A stretch of DNA of 64,000 nt, from contig NC_045697.1 in NCBI RefSeq assembly GCF_009834535.1, forward strand, positions 112,594,001 through 112,658,000, given 5' to 3'. The position numbers were made by a program, and so were the translations under genes. This stretch comes from Camelus ferus (lineage: Eukaryota). Under the pieces are notes generated by a model. The model saw only the letters and a list, made by a program, of their open reading frames with translations, did no database searches and was not told the origin of the DNA. Positions 1 through 14,942 of the stretch are shown piece by piece; position 1 is the first letter of the stretch; every line of letters begins with the position of its first letter.

Positions 1-2620
<2,620 letters not shown>

Positions 2621-3149
2621 CTTAGACTTTGTTTTGAATATACAAGCACTATTGCTCAGAGTATCTCATGTGATCAAGCCAGATGCCATTTCCTTGTATG
2701 AAAATCATTAAAATTTTACAAAAGGAGCAAAAAAATTTTAAGCTCTAAGTAATTAATAATTACTTTAATTTATACTGAAATTTTTATAAAACAATTCTTC
2801 ATCAGAATGCCAAAAATTCTCTTGCTTAATATATTATTATAGTATTTAAGGTTTTAAAATTAAGGAGAATCGGGATGTTTATATTTTATACCTTAGACAG
2901 TTTTTTTTTAAATACTATTCAGATTTGAATGTCTAAACAGGATGGTTATTTTTCTCTAAGGTTATAATACATGATATGTATACATTAAACTACCTGCTAG
3001 TCAAATCTAGTTCACAGTCATAGCATATTTTTAAATCACTCTCTACATTAGTTAATTAGAGGCTATGGACCTGTGAAATCCCACAGAAGTCATTTTGCTC
3101 TATCTTTTTTTGTCCAGCCACCTCCACCTTGAAGCCTTCTTGGAACACT

Positions 3150-3250
3150 CTACATAAGTTGATCCCCCTGACTCATCTTATTACTTGCCAGCACCTGGCA
3201 AGGACCTGCCATGATGAATATGTGCAATAAGCATTTGGTGAATGAATGAA
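3150..3250 (+). mobile_element. L2 3' end fragment
   Basis: Degenerate L2 terminus '...gtgcaataagcatttggtgaatgaatgaa'. Confidence 0.55.
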
Positions 3251-3972
3251 AACCTTTGCCTCCTTAACTGAATGGAATGCATTCCTGGTCCCAGATGACC
3301 TCAACTTGCACCTTGAGTTTCTAAGATCACCTGGACTAGGAATGACTCTATCATTTTTTTTAATTGTAGTTTATCATAATCAAAAGTTTTGCAAAGCCTA
3401 GGCAATTGGCTTTTTTGGGTGAAAATATTAGAAAAACATTTTTTAGAAACAAAATTGAACATAGACACTAACAAGTTATATGTAGCGTTAACTTGTAAAA
3501 AGTTCTATTTTTACAGGTTTGAGCAAATCACGTTTGAAGCATTTTCACAGACAAGTGTTTCTTAATTTCAAAGTAAAAAGGAACATTAAAAATTTCCACT
3601 TTGCCCCCAGATAACTGGGTCATAACAGTAAAATGAATGGAACAAATGAAAATCACTAGGGCATGGTCAAATGATGAGCATTCGCTTCTAAAAAATGATA
3701 CTACGTCCTGCAAGTTATAGCCTTTCGTCAAGGAGTTCCCAGGATGCTAATGAAAATGAGCACCATTATCCTTGCTGCGTTAGGACCTTTAGCCTTAATA
3801 TGTATTTTTTAAGTATGGTATTTAAGAGAAAGTAGTTTTCATCTTACTTTTTTAACTTTGGTATAAAAGAGTCGAAGCGAAGTTACAGAAAACGTGAGAT
3901 CGAAGAGGAGCGTAGTCACTGGCTGAGAAAGGAGGGAATAAGCACGCCTCTCGATCAGCTGCGGGTCCCTTT

Positions 3973-4230
3973 TTTTTGTTTTAATTAAAATTTTTTTTTT
4001 ATTGAAGTGTAATCAGTTTACAATGCTGTATCAGTTTCTGGTGTACAGAATAATAGTTCAGTTATACATATCTGACATAAATCTTAGCAATGTTCTCCTA
4101 GGGCAGTCTACCCAGGCAACAGAAATAAAAGCAAAACTAAACAAATGGGACCTAATTAAACTTATAAGCTTTTGCACAGCAAAGGAAACCATAAGCAAAA
4201 CAAAAAGATAATGCACGGGAGAAAATATTT
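3973..4230 (-). mobile_element. Short L1 insertion with an internal inversion (minus-strand 3' tail 3973-4070, plus-strand ORF2 piece 4071-4230)
   Basis: Poly(T) and 'attgaagtgtaatcagtttacaatg' (L1 3' end, antisense) are joined to a sense ORF2 peptide KAKLNKWDLIKLISFCTAKETI. Flanking near-duplicates GCGGGTCCCTTT (3961-3972) and GAGTGTCCCTTT (4231-4242). Confidence 0.85.
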
Positions 4231-4640
4231 GAGTGTCCCTTTGATGGTGAATGGTCCTTCAGCTAATGGCGAACTGTAATAGGATGAGAGATCCTCTTGT
4301 GGACAACGGTAGCAGGGGGCAAAATTTTAAGTCAATGGCACAGGGTACTTGCTTTTATTATTGTTTTTGGCATCCATTTAAGTCAACTGGTAGTTAAAAA
4401 AATCGGTGGTCCTCAGCTGGCCTCACGTAATAGCAATGGTAGAGACATTGTAGACTTTTATCATTTTAAAGGAAAACATTAGCACTCATTTTAAGTAGAA
4501 GGAAAAGCAGTGCTGTGGTTATTAGCCCTCCCTAGGACTATTAATGCTGGGCATTTATTATATGGAAGGTCATTATGGGATTAAGTAATTGCTACTTAAT
4601 AACTGTTCTACGAATGAGTGTATGAGTTCTCTTTTGCTGC

Positions 4641-5024
4641 TGTTACGGGTTGAGTTTTGCCCCCTCCAAATTCATAAGTTGTAGCCCTAACCCTCAATGT
4701 GACTCTATTTGGAGAGAGGGCCTGTAGGGAGATAATTAGGGTTAAACAAGGTTATAAGAGTGGGACCTAATCTGATAGGATCAGTGTTCTTATCAGAAGA
4801 AGAGGAGTCTCAGAATTCCCCGCACGCACACAGGGGGCGGGCGGATGTCATGGGAGGACATGGTGACAGACAGCCCTCTGCAAGTCAGGAAGAGAGCCCG
4901 CACCAGCAACCAGCCCCGACAGCACCATGATCCTGGACTTCCAGCCCCCAGAACTGTGAGAAAGTAAATCCGTTGTTTAAAACCCCCCGGCTGTGGTATT
5001 TGGCAGCTTGAGGAGACTGATAGA
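4641..5024 (+). mobile_element. MaLR solo LTR (MLT1B/C-like) nested in an older MLT1 LTR
   Basis: Starts 'tgttacgggttgagttttgccccctccaaattcata', internal 'ggacttccagcccccagaactgtgagaaagtaaat', ends 'gactgataga'. Confidence 0.85.
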
Positions 5025-5430
5025 ATTGCTGAATGAGCCTCTCCAAATTTTACTGGCTCCAAACAGCCATAATGCTCTTTGCTCACAATTCCAGGAGCTG
5101 GGAATCTGTGTACAGTATGGCAGGGAGAGCTCCTCTGTGCCTCCTGTGGTGTGGAACCGGGCAGACCAGCTGTGCGAGGACCTCAGTGACCTCGCGCGCA
5201 CGCTGAAGCACAGGTGCTGGCTGTTGGCCGGAGAGCCACAGTCTTCCTCCGTGGGACCTTTCTCTCCTCCTCTGTTTCTAATTCTCCAGTGATGGGCTAG
5301 CCTAGACTTCGTTACACGACAGACAAGTTGTCTCCTTGTGAAAGAAGGGTCTGTAAACCCTTTAAAAAGCCCAGATTCAGAACTCCTAGAATGTCACATT
5401 CACCATTTTCTGTGGGTCCAAACAATCATC
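5025..5430 (-). mobile_element. Old MaLR LTR (MLT1F-J-like); its first ~20 bp lie at 4619-4640
   Basis: 'gctcacaattcc...ggtgctggctgttggc...cagaactcctagaatgtcacattcaccattttctgtgggtc' resembles antisense old MLT1. Confidence 0.65.
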
Positions 5431-5789
5431 CCAAATGGTATGCAACTCCTGGGAGACTTTGTCCCTGGTGAAGTGAACCAGGACATGACCAAGAATGAGC
5501 CCTCTTCTTTTTACAATAATTTCAACTGATTGTAGACTATACTAGACTTGAAAAGACCAGCCTAGGTTACTGAGGAATCAAAATAACATAAAGAAGAAAA
5601 GAAACAGAGTAGAGAACATGGTTGTAAAATTGACTATTACTCTTTCATAGCAAAGGCTAAAATTTATCTGTTTTATGTTGTGTGATCTCAAGTTTTTCTC
5701 AATATGTAAGATAGTTAATGTCTTACATGTATAAGGAAACAACATAAGAGTTGAAAGAGACTATATTAATTTACAAAATGAATAATTCT

Positions 5790-6560
5790 CTATTAAATGC
5801 TTACTGCCTACTATGTGACAATCCGCTGGACACTGGAAATACCAGAATAAACTAAGCCCTCAACTTTGTTATCCCTAAGAAAGATCCTAACAGAGCTGTC
5901 ACTTCCTGGTGGTTAGGTAACTAGCAAACAGTTATGTATTAAATCACGTAAAAAAAACATAAAAGGAGATAAAGTGATAGGGAGGCAATAAAGTAGGTTA
6001 AAGCTATCAGAAAAGGTAAAATTTGAACGTCTGAAGGTAACGGGGGAGTCAGACCTGCAATACAGGAGGAGAGGCGCTTCGGCAGGGGTGCTCTGGAATG
6101 TTCTAGCAAGGATGGCTGAAACACCCTGAGGGAAGATGGAATTTGGAGGTATCCAGGAGCCAGACACGTGGAATATTTCAAGCTACCGGAAGGCTCTGAC
6201 TTTTATTCTGTGTGTGATTGGAATTGCTTCAGTTTTGAGAAGGCTGTCTGAATGCAGTGTGGAAAATAACCTGTAGAAATGTGGATTGAACAGAGAACCC
6301 ATCAGGGAGCTATTTCAAGGAGTCTGGGTGATAATCTAGATCAGCCCAGGGTGGGGCTCGTGAGTGTACAGGGAGCTGGGCAGATTCACGATGTAACTGG
6401 AAATAGAATGGATCTACTCTCAGGCAGGAGGCTGGGTCTAAGGGTATAAATCGTCCAAAATAACTTGAATTGCTTTGGCCTGAGCAACTCAGTGACAAGT
6501 AAGAGCTGTTTCTTTAATTGGAGTAATGGAAAAAGAGCAAGTTTCTTGATAAAGGAAAGC
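5790..6560 (-). mobile_element. L2 fragment
   Basis: 'tgcctactatgtgaca...cactggaaatacc' followed by purine-rich antisense L2 body ('ctgacttttattctgtgtgtgattgg'). Confidence 0.7.
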
Positions 6561-6687
6561 AAGGGTTTTGTTTATCCTTGGAAGCAGCTAACACCGTATT
6601 GGTCACACATTGCAGTAGATGCTCAATGTGGTATTTCTTTCCCTCCTTTCTAACTTTTTTTTCTTACAACATCATGAAGAGTATCCT

Positions 6688-6697
6688 AAAAAAAAAA

Positions 6698-6777
<80 letters not shown>

Positions 6778-6785
6778 AAAGAAAA
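6688..6785 (+). repeat. poly(A) plus (GAAA)n tetranucleotide microsatellite, about 20 perfect units
   Basis: Seen directly. Confidence 0.98.
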
Positions 6786-8102
6786 CAGAAGGCAGAAAAG
6801 AGCCAAGCTGTGACTTGATAGCAAAACAGAGTGGTCTAGCTAGGAATTTTCATATATTCAAAGGAAATTTGAAATCAGTAGATTGTATTGTTTCCTGGGC
6901 AACACACTGCCATCCACTCAGTTTTATACCAGTTTAGTTTCAGCTGCGTGAACTGAACTAAAAAAAAACCCTAAAATTGCTGCTAAGGTTAATGTCTCAT
7001 TACAACCACTACACATGTACACAGAATTTCAGAAAATAATTTGTCATATTACATTGATGACTATAGAGTTTAACACATTATTTAGAATTTAGTGCCATGG
7101 TTTAATTATGCAGCTGTATTTTTTTTTCCAAAGAAAATCTCGTTGTCAGCTGTAACTATGACATTTCTGTTAGTAAATTTAAATTTAAAAGTGAGTTAAA
7201 ACATGCACAAATTCTGTTACTTATTTCATACAGTGCTTTAATAGTTGAAAATCATTATTTAAGTAATAAAAGCTGCATAAACTTTCTATATTGGGATAAT
7301 ATAGAATATATAAAACTATATTTTCTGAGTTTCTAATAATATAGATGTAAAGGAGACAATGGAGACAAATATTCTGGGGTGAGTGGACTGAGTGAGCAGA
7401 AGAGATTCCTCTTGACTGACTAAAAGCTTATTTTGGCAAAATATATAACCATCACAGTATGTGCAGTTTTGAAGTCCTTTGACGGAGAAACAGACTTCTA
7501 GGGGTTATTTCGAATTGAATGATGAACAATTTAAAGGCTTATGTAGATATTTACATAGAAAGTCATTTTATGTTTTTATATCTGTTTGTTCATTTTCCCG
7601 CAAATCATGTGTCAGTTAGTTCAACATATAAATTATATTATTTAAAATAATTTGTGTATCACATTTTAAAAATTTAATAATTAGCATATTAAAATAATAG
7701 TCTATTTGACTGACATCTTTCTTATTTTGTTGCCCTTATAGCAAATATTCTCCTTGGTATCATCTTTATTTGTTACCTAAAGGAACAATTAAGTAAGGTG
7801 AACATCTTACTACTAATTTACTAGTGGGCTAAAAGCCTTCTTGTCTGGTGTATCCACTCAAACTGGGCCATCTTGGCAATGGTATTGGCTTCCTTCGCTG
7901 GCCAATTCCATAGTGACTTTAATGGTGGGGTTCCCCAGTTCAGAGTGATCATGTGCTGTTATTCATGGAGCAGTGGTTCATTCAACAAGCACTTTTGAGT
8001 CACTATGAATATGGTAGACATTTCGGTAAATATTTACTGAACGAATGAACGAGTTGAGGGAATCTGGCTTGGGACTATGGCTTGAGCAGAATTTTCCTCT
8101 GA

Positions 8103-8385
8103 CTTTTTACTTTGGAATAATTTTAGATTTACAGAAAAATTACAAAGATAGTAGAGGATGTTCCCATATAACCCATCATTCAAGTTCCCCTAATTTAATG
8201 TCTTTCGTAACTGTAATTTTTACATATTGTATTTGTCAAAGTTAAGAATTTAGCATTGGAACTATCCTATTAACTACAGACTTTCTGCTTTGGAATTTCA
8301 TCATTTTTCTCACTTATTTCTATATCCCAGGATCCAATCTTATATTTAATCCTCATATCTACTTGTTTCTTTCCACCTGTGACAA
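8103..8385 (-). mobile_element. Old L1 (L1MC/MD-like) 3' UTR fragment
   Basis: 'ttggaataattttagatttacagaaaaattacaaagatagtagagg...ttcccatataccc'-type antisense 3' end. Confidence 0.65.
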
Positions 8386-8469
8386 TTTTTGAGCTAACTT
8401 ATATATCTATGTCCAAAAGAGTTGCATGTATAGCATTTCTAATATATTTTATGCAGAAAGGAAAGTTGT

Positions 8470-8920
8470 TTCATTTATTTATCAATTCACTGAACACTTA
8501 TTCAGTGTCTATCACAATACACTGTTCTTGGCACAGTCATGTAAACATGGCTAGAATATTCTTATCCTAGAGAGCCACATAACCTACTGGGAGCAAGTAA
8601 CCCCAGCGATGACGTATGTGTCGTAACAGAGAAATTGGGCAGATGCAAGGGGAAGAATCTGACTCTGACAGGAAACCCAGATCAGGTCTTCAAAGAGCCT
8701 GAGTGGGACTTCTGCATGTACATAGGAGTGTCCAGACAGGGAACAGCATGTGCAAAGGCCCAGAGGTGAGGCACACAGCACAACTAGCACAAGACAGGCA
8801 TGCGGAGTGAGACAGTGAGTGACGAGACAGTAAGATGGCCAGCATGGTCAGATCCTGAAGGACTACAAACAGACCAGTTTCATACATGAGCAATGAGGAC
8901 TACTGAATTTTTTTCAACAG
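8470..8920 (-). mobile_element. L2 fragment
   Basis: 'ccagacagggaacagcatgtgcaaaggcccagagg' is typical antisense L2. Confidence 0.75.
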
Positions 8921-9229
8921 AGCCTGCAAAACCTTTTCCTTGTATGGTGTGCAGAGATTCTCATAAGATCATTAGATCATCCTGAAGAGTTATTCCTGTC
9001 TATTAGATTTTTATTCAAAACACTGTTTTTCTAAAATACTGATTTTTTTTCTTAATGTTTAATGAGGATTAGGAAAGACTTTGGGACTAAGGCTATCATT
9101 CATAAACAGTTTTAAAAATTCTCTCTCCCCGTAAGCAGATGTTAGTAATAACCAATGAAAACATAATTACGTTTCACCTCCATTGTGCAAACTTCCTATA
9201 TTTTTCTTTACAAGTAAGAAATATAATGG

Positions 9230-10358
9230 GATACTAAAAGCAAAGGCAACAAAACCAAAAACAAACAAGTGCGACTACATCAAACTAAAAACTGCTTCTA
9301 CACAATGAAGGGTATCATCAGCAGGACGACAGGCAACCTCCTGAATCAGAGAAAATATTTGCAGATCATATGTCTGATAAGTTGGTTAGCACCCAAAATA
9401 TATAAAGAACTCATACAATTCAATAGAAAAAGAAAAGAAAAAACAAAAGATGGCCAGAGGACCTGAGTGGATATTTTTCCAGAGACAATGTAGAGATGGC
9501 CAACAGGCACATGGAAAGATGCTCAACATCGACTCATCAACAGGGAAATGCAAATCAAAACCACAATGAGATATCACCTCACCCCTGTAAAAATGGCTAT
9601 GGTCAAAAAGATGAGAAGTAAATTTTGGCAAGGATGTAGAGAAAAGGGAACCATTGGGCACTGTTAGAATATAAATTGGTGCAGCCACAATGGAAACAGT
9701 ATGGAGGTTCCTCAAAAAATTAAAAATAAAACTACCATTCAATCCAGCAATTCCACTCCTGGGTATTTATCCACAGGAAATGAAAACACTGACTCAAAAA
9801 GATGTCTGTGCCCCATGTTCATTGTGGCATTATTAACAGTAGCCAAGACATGAAAGTACCAAAGGTGCTTATTGATAGATAAATGGATAAAGAAGATGTG
9901 GTACACATATCAAATATTCAGCCGTTAAAAGAAGGAAATCTTGTCATTTGTGACAACATGGATGGATCTTGAGGGCATTGTGCTAAGTGAAATATGTCAG
10001 ACAGAAAAAGACAAATAGTGTATAATCTTACTTTTATGTGGAATATTTAAAAAAAAGTCCATAGATTCAGGGAACAGATTGATGGTTGCCAGAGTGGGAC
10101 ATGGATGGATGGGTGAAATGGCTACAGAGGGTCAAAAGACACAGACTTCCAGTTACGGAATAAATAAGTCCTGGGGGTGTAATGTACAGCACAGTGACTG
10201 TGGTTAAATTGTCATCATGAGAAAAAAAATCGTTAATTACTTGTGATGGATATTAACTAGACATATTGTGGTAATCATTTCTCAATATACACAAATATCC
10301 AATCCTTATGTAGTACATCTGAAACTAATGTTACATGTCAATTATATCTCCATAAAAA
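9230..10358 (+). mobile_element. L1 (L1MA9-like) ORF2 end and 3' UTR
   Basis: 'gaaatgcaaatcaaaaccacaatgagatatcacctcacccctg', 'cagacttccagttacggaataaataagtcctggggg', ends 'tcaattatatctccataaaa'. Confidence 0.9.
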
Positions 10359-10624
10359 GTACAATGGATGTGGACAGGCTGAGGACCATATAGAGACACA
10401 AAGGATGTTGCAAAAACCTGGAACTGATTTTTGAATGTGGAAAAAGGCGTGACTTTAATAAAAGGATTAACATTTTAAAATCCCAAACAGTATAAAGGTT
10501 TGTTGAAATCTCCAAGTCAAGCACCAAAGGAAGGGATTTTACTCTGAATTTATACAAGGTGCAAAGGACAGAAGTATACATTTTCAATCAAGGCTGTGCT
10601 GGGTTTTTTGTCTGTGTGTTAGAA

Positions 10625-10750
10625 GCCAGTGTTGTTTAGACCTTGCCCTTCAGTCACACGCATCCCTTGGGAGCTACTGACTCAGGACCTGCATCTGTAA
10701 CAGAATCCCCTGTGGTTTATGTGCACATCCAGGTTTTAGGAGCACTCATT
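10625..10750. mobile_element. MER5-like hAT-Charlie MITE fragment
   Basis: 'ctgcatctgtaacagaatcccctgtggtttatgtgcacatccaggttttaggagcact'. Confidence 0.5.
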
Positions 10751-11476
10751 TAAGACTGTTTATTAGATTTTAAATTTTCATGAAGAAGTACGCAATGCCA
10801 AAAATAAAATCACAGCTATAATTTATTTTTACAAGAAGAAAACTTGTCAAGACAAGGTGCATGGTAAAATTCTTCTAGAAAGGAAAGAACATCGCTTATG
10901 ACTATCGATTTTTTTAAAAATACGCATTTTATTTTTACCTAAAAGCATGCAGGGGGACAAATGGGAAAGTTGTTTTTTAAGCATCTCTAAATGTCACTTC
11001 ATTATATTTCACTCCTTCTGATTATGTCTTTTTAATAATAGAATGAAATGTATTATATCAATCTTCCAAGAAAGTTTTAGGTCTAGAACTTTAGATGCTG
11101 AATTCTTTAACCTATCACTTAAATATCTGGTTTATGTTAAGTTTAAACATGATTTTTTAAAAATTATGAATTTCTTGGGGACTTAATTATGATATCATAA
11201 CATTCTACGTGATTTCTGCAGGAGCTACAATTCCCTAACTATGTTTTAAGCAAAATTTTAATAAATGAAAGTTAGAAATTGTTTACATTTCATAGGACCT
11301 ATGTCCTTTATCTAATTATTTCTCTCTCTATATAAAAGTGTCTACTTATGGCTTATTATATACCACACTGCTATTAGGGCTATAGTGATTTTTGCTTTCA
11401 GGAAATTTACATCAGTATCCGGGACGCTTGCTCATGAGTCATTCTGATTCGGTTCTCTGTGGTTGTTAATCTAAGA

Positions 11477-12000
11477 CAGCGGTCAGTAGTCTTCTTCTGT
11501 GAAGGCCAGATAGTTGATATTTTAGATTTTGTGGCACATATGGTCTCTTATCTACTCAACTTCGCCCTTGGAGCATAAAAGCAGTCATAGCCAGTCCACA
11601 GACAAGTGAGCATGGACGTGCCCCAGTTAAACTTCACAGATACTGGAAGTTCCATTTCATGTGATTCAGTATTTTTTTTTAATTTTCAACCACTTAAAAA
11701 GTGCAAAAGTTTATAACTGCATATAAAACAGATAAACAACAAGGACTTACTGTATAGCACAGGGAGCTGAATTCAGTGCCTTGTAATAACCTATAATGGA
11801 AAAGAATCTGAAAAACAGTATGTATGTATGTGTGTAAGTGAATCACTTTGCGGTACACCTGAAACTAACATTGTAAATCAACTACACTTCAATTACAAAT
11901 AACATTTAAGAAAAAAAGTCTGCAAGTTGTTCTTGGCTTATGGGCTGTTACAGCCGGTGGGCTAGATCCGGCCACGGGCTGTGGTTTGCAGGACTTCTGA
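11477..12000 (+). mobile_element. MER58B-like hAT MITE interrupted by a short L1 3' end (about 11708-11915)
   Basis: 'ttctgtgaaggccagatagttgatattttagattttgtgg' ... 'ggccacgggctgtggtttgcaggacttctg'. Inner L1 tail 'acaacaaggacttactgtatagcacaggg...aaatcaactacacttcaat'. Confidence 0.8.
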
Positions 12001-12264
12001 TGGGAGACATTGAGTGTACGTATGAAGGTGTATTGAGGGTGACTCACTGATAGACTCCATAGGAACCAGATGGGTTCTGGTATCTTAACCATGGCATGAG
12101 CTTTATGTTCTTGCTGATTTTAGATGAAAACCAGAGACTGAGAGAAAAAAAAGAGAAGCAAAGAGAACTTAAAAAAATCATTCTGAATCTACTAGGTACT
12201 AAACACATTTATAAAACGTCAGCCTTTTATATTTTCATCTTGTTTGAACTTCACCACACCTCAG

Positions 12265-12608
12265 TGAATCTAAAAAAAAAGACACGAATGTATTTGCAAA
12301 ACAAAAACAGACTCTCAGACAGAACACAGACTTATGGTTACCAAGGGGAAAGGGGGTGGAAAGGGATAAATTTGGAGATTGAGAATTGCAGATACTAACT
12401 ACTATATATAAAATAGATAAACAACAAGTTTCTACTGTATAGCACTGGAAATTATATTGAATATCTTGTAGTAACCTATAATGAAAAGGAATATGAAAAA
12501 GGAATTTATGTATGTGTATGTATATGTATGACTGAAGCATTATGTTTTACACTAGAAATTGATGCAACATTGTAAACTGACTGTACTTCAATACAACAAC
12601 AAAAAAAA
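12265..12608 (+). mobile_element. L1 3' UTR fragment inserted in a MIR (about 12185-12735)
   Basis: 'aaaaacagactctcagac...gtaaactgactgtacttcaatacaacaacaaaaaaaa'. MIR core resumes at 'ttacacatgagaaaaagtgaggct'. Confidence 0.85.
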
Positions 12609-13009
12609 GTAGCATCACTGTTATCTTACACATGAGAAAAAGTGAGGCTTAAATAACTTTTCCAGGACATACAGCACATACACCAAGTCCATGGAAGAAT
12701 TAATCCATGTCTGACTCCAAGTCCTGAGATATTTGCACGGTCCCCCTTTGCCATGTGGCTCACCCAACAGGAACACAAGTCATATATTAAAAAGATTTAT
12801 TTTTAGGGGAAGATGAAGGAGAGTGTCACATAGGATGCCATGCTTGTTTGGAAACTTGAAGAGGAATTCTGACAAGTAGTGGAAGGTAGAGGAGGATGTT
12901 CCAAACAGAGATGCAAAGCTAAAGAGGACATATTTGGAGGCTAAAACATAGGCAGATGGAAGACCATCTTTAAATTCCCAGTGGACAAGATCTTGTCTTT
13001 TTTTTTAAT

Positions 13010-13700
13010 TCTTATTTTTTATTGACATGTAATCCACTAACAATGGTAGTTTCATGTGTACAGAAAAGTGATTCAGTTATACATGCATATATATTTTTTT
13101 CAGATTATTTTACTTTATAGCTTATTACAAGAGACTGAATATCATTCCCTGTGCTATATAGTAGGTCCTTGTTATTTATCTATTTTAGGACATATATCTG
13201 GAGAAAACTCTAAGTCAGAAAGACACCTGCACCCCAATGTTCATAGCAGCACTATTTACAATAGACAAGACATGGAAACAACCTAAATGTCCATCAACAA
13301 ATGACTGGATAAAGAAGATGTGGTATATCTATGCCATTGAATACTACTCAGCCATAAAAAAAATAAAATAATGCCATTTGCAGCAATGTGGATGGATGTA
13401 AAAATTAACATACTAAGTGAAGTAAGTCAGACAGAGAAGGATGAATATCATATGGTATCGCCTATATGTGGAATCTGAAAAAAAAAAGAAAGAAAAAAAA
13501 AGAGAAGAAAAAGACAAATGAACATAATACGAAACAGAAACAGACTCATAGACATAGAATACAAACTTGTGATTGCCAGAGAGGAGGGAGGATGGGAAGG
13601 GGCAGACTGGGAGTTCGAAATTTGTAGATACTGACAGGTATATATAGAATAGATAAACAAGATTATACTGTATAGCACATTTATCTTCCTCTTCCCTTCT
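13010..13700. mobile_element. Composite L1: antisense 3' tail (13010-13187) abutting a sense ORF2-end/3' UTR piece (13188-13678)
   Basis: Antisense 'ttccctgtgctatatagtaggtccttgtt' then sense 'aaagacacctgcaccccaatgttcatagcagcac...gattatactgtatagcac'. Confidence 0.85.
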
Positions 13701-14942
13701 GGAATTTTTAGCCTTCGTAGCCTGATGAAAATGAATTAGTTTATGCTCATTTTTCTTTTTGGTCTCTGTTCTTGGTCTGAATTTTCAAAAAGTAAACTCC
13801 TTGCTGCTCACCTGGCAACTCCATGTCCCCAAGACAACTTTCAGAAGGAGCCTCGACTCTCTGGCAGTTGTACCTGGCAGTGTGATGTAATACAAGACAA
13901 AGGAGGCTGTGTCTTTCATACGCTATTGTCTTCTGTAGTTTCTCAAAGTGGATTCCAGCCCCACTGTTTTGAAGACGCGGTGCCCATTACATCTGGTCAT
14001 GGTATTTGAGCTGCATGATAATTCCTACATGTGTGAAGTAGAGAATGTTCCATTGATACAACCATGTACCTTGTGCAGACTCTTTGTTGTATGTTGAGCA
14101 TATTGAAAAATATGATACACATTTTCCTTCTAATAATGCAGCATATTTAATGTAGGCTTATTTTTTAGGCCTTTTAATTGTTCTTTGTCCAGGAATCCCT
14201 CACAGCCCAAAGAGTCAAAGTCAGATAAGGAAGAGGTTAGTCCAGATAATTTGCACTGGAGTCCACAGTAAATGTTAGGAAAATGATGTAAGAAAGTAAC
14301 AGAGATTTCACATGCTGGGGTGGCATTTTCTACATTTAGGATAAAGGAAGAAGGAAACAAAGACTCGCTCAGAAATGAAATCTATAATATTAAGCAATGT
14401 TCAACTTTGATTCAGGAGATGGAAATATGATTTTTGTATTTGGAAGATCAAATTCAAATATGATGTTTCTCATGTCCTAATGTTTATTGAGGGAAAGTTA
14501 AGCAATTTTCCTGGAGTCTTCAAGAGATGAGATCAATAGAATTTATGTTGCTCCTGATGACTATTTTCCAAGATTTAAGAAATGGTCTGTCTTTATAAAT
14601 GTCAAATTATATGATGAAATGAATAATGAGGAAACACAGTCAAGAAGTATTTTATGAAAGTGTTGACTTGTGTAATTCACAGTACGTAGCATATTTTGAA
14701 ATAGTAACTTGGGGACTGTCCACTTAGGAAAATATTATTCTCAGGTACATTTCGCTACAGCTCTTTGAAGTAGAGATGTTAAGCCATAAATCCAACCCTT
14801 CTTTCCTAAGTGATACTCTGGGCTGATGTAAGCTGTTTCTAGACTTTTAAACTCAACTGACACATGCACAGGACCCAGGAAACAAGTGTGAACTTCAGTA
14901 CTTGCTTTTGACAATTATCCCAATCCCCTTTCTGCTTTATCT

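Noticed and set aside
6578..6937. Lys/Glu/Arg-rich 119-aa ORF
   Set aside because: Translation of the (GAAA)n microsatellite.
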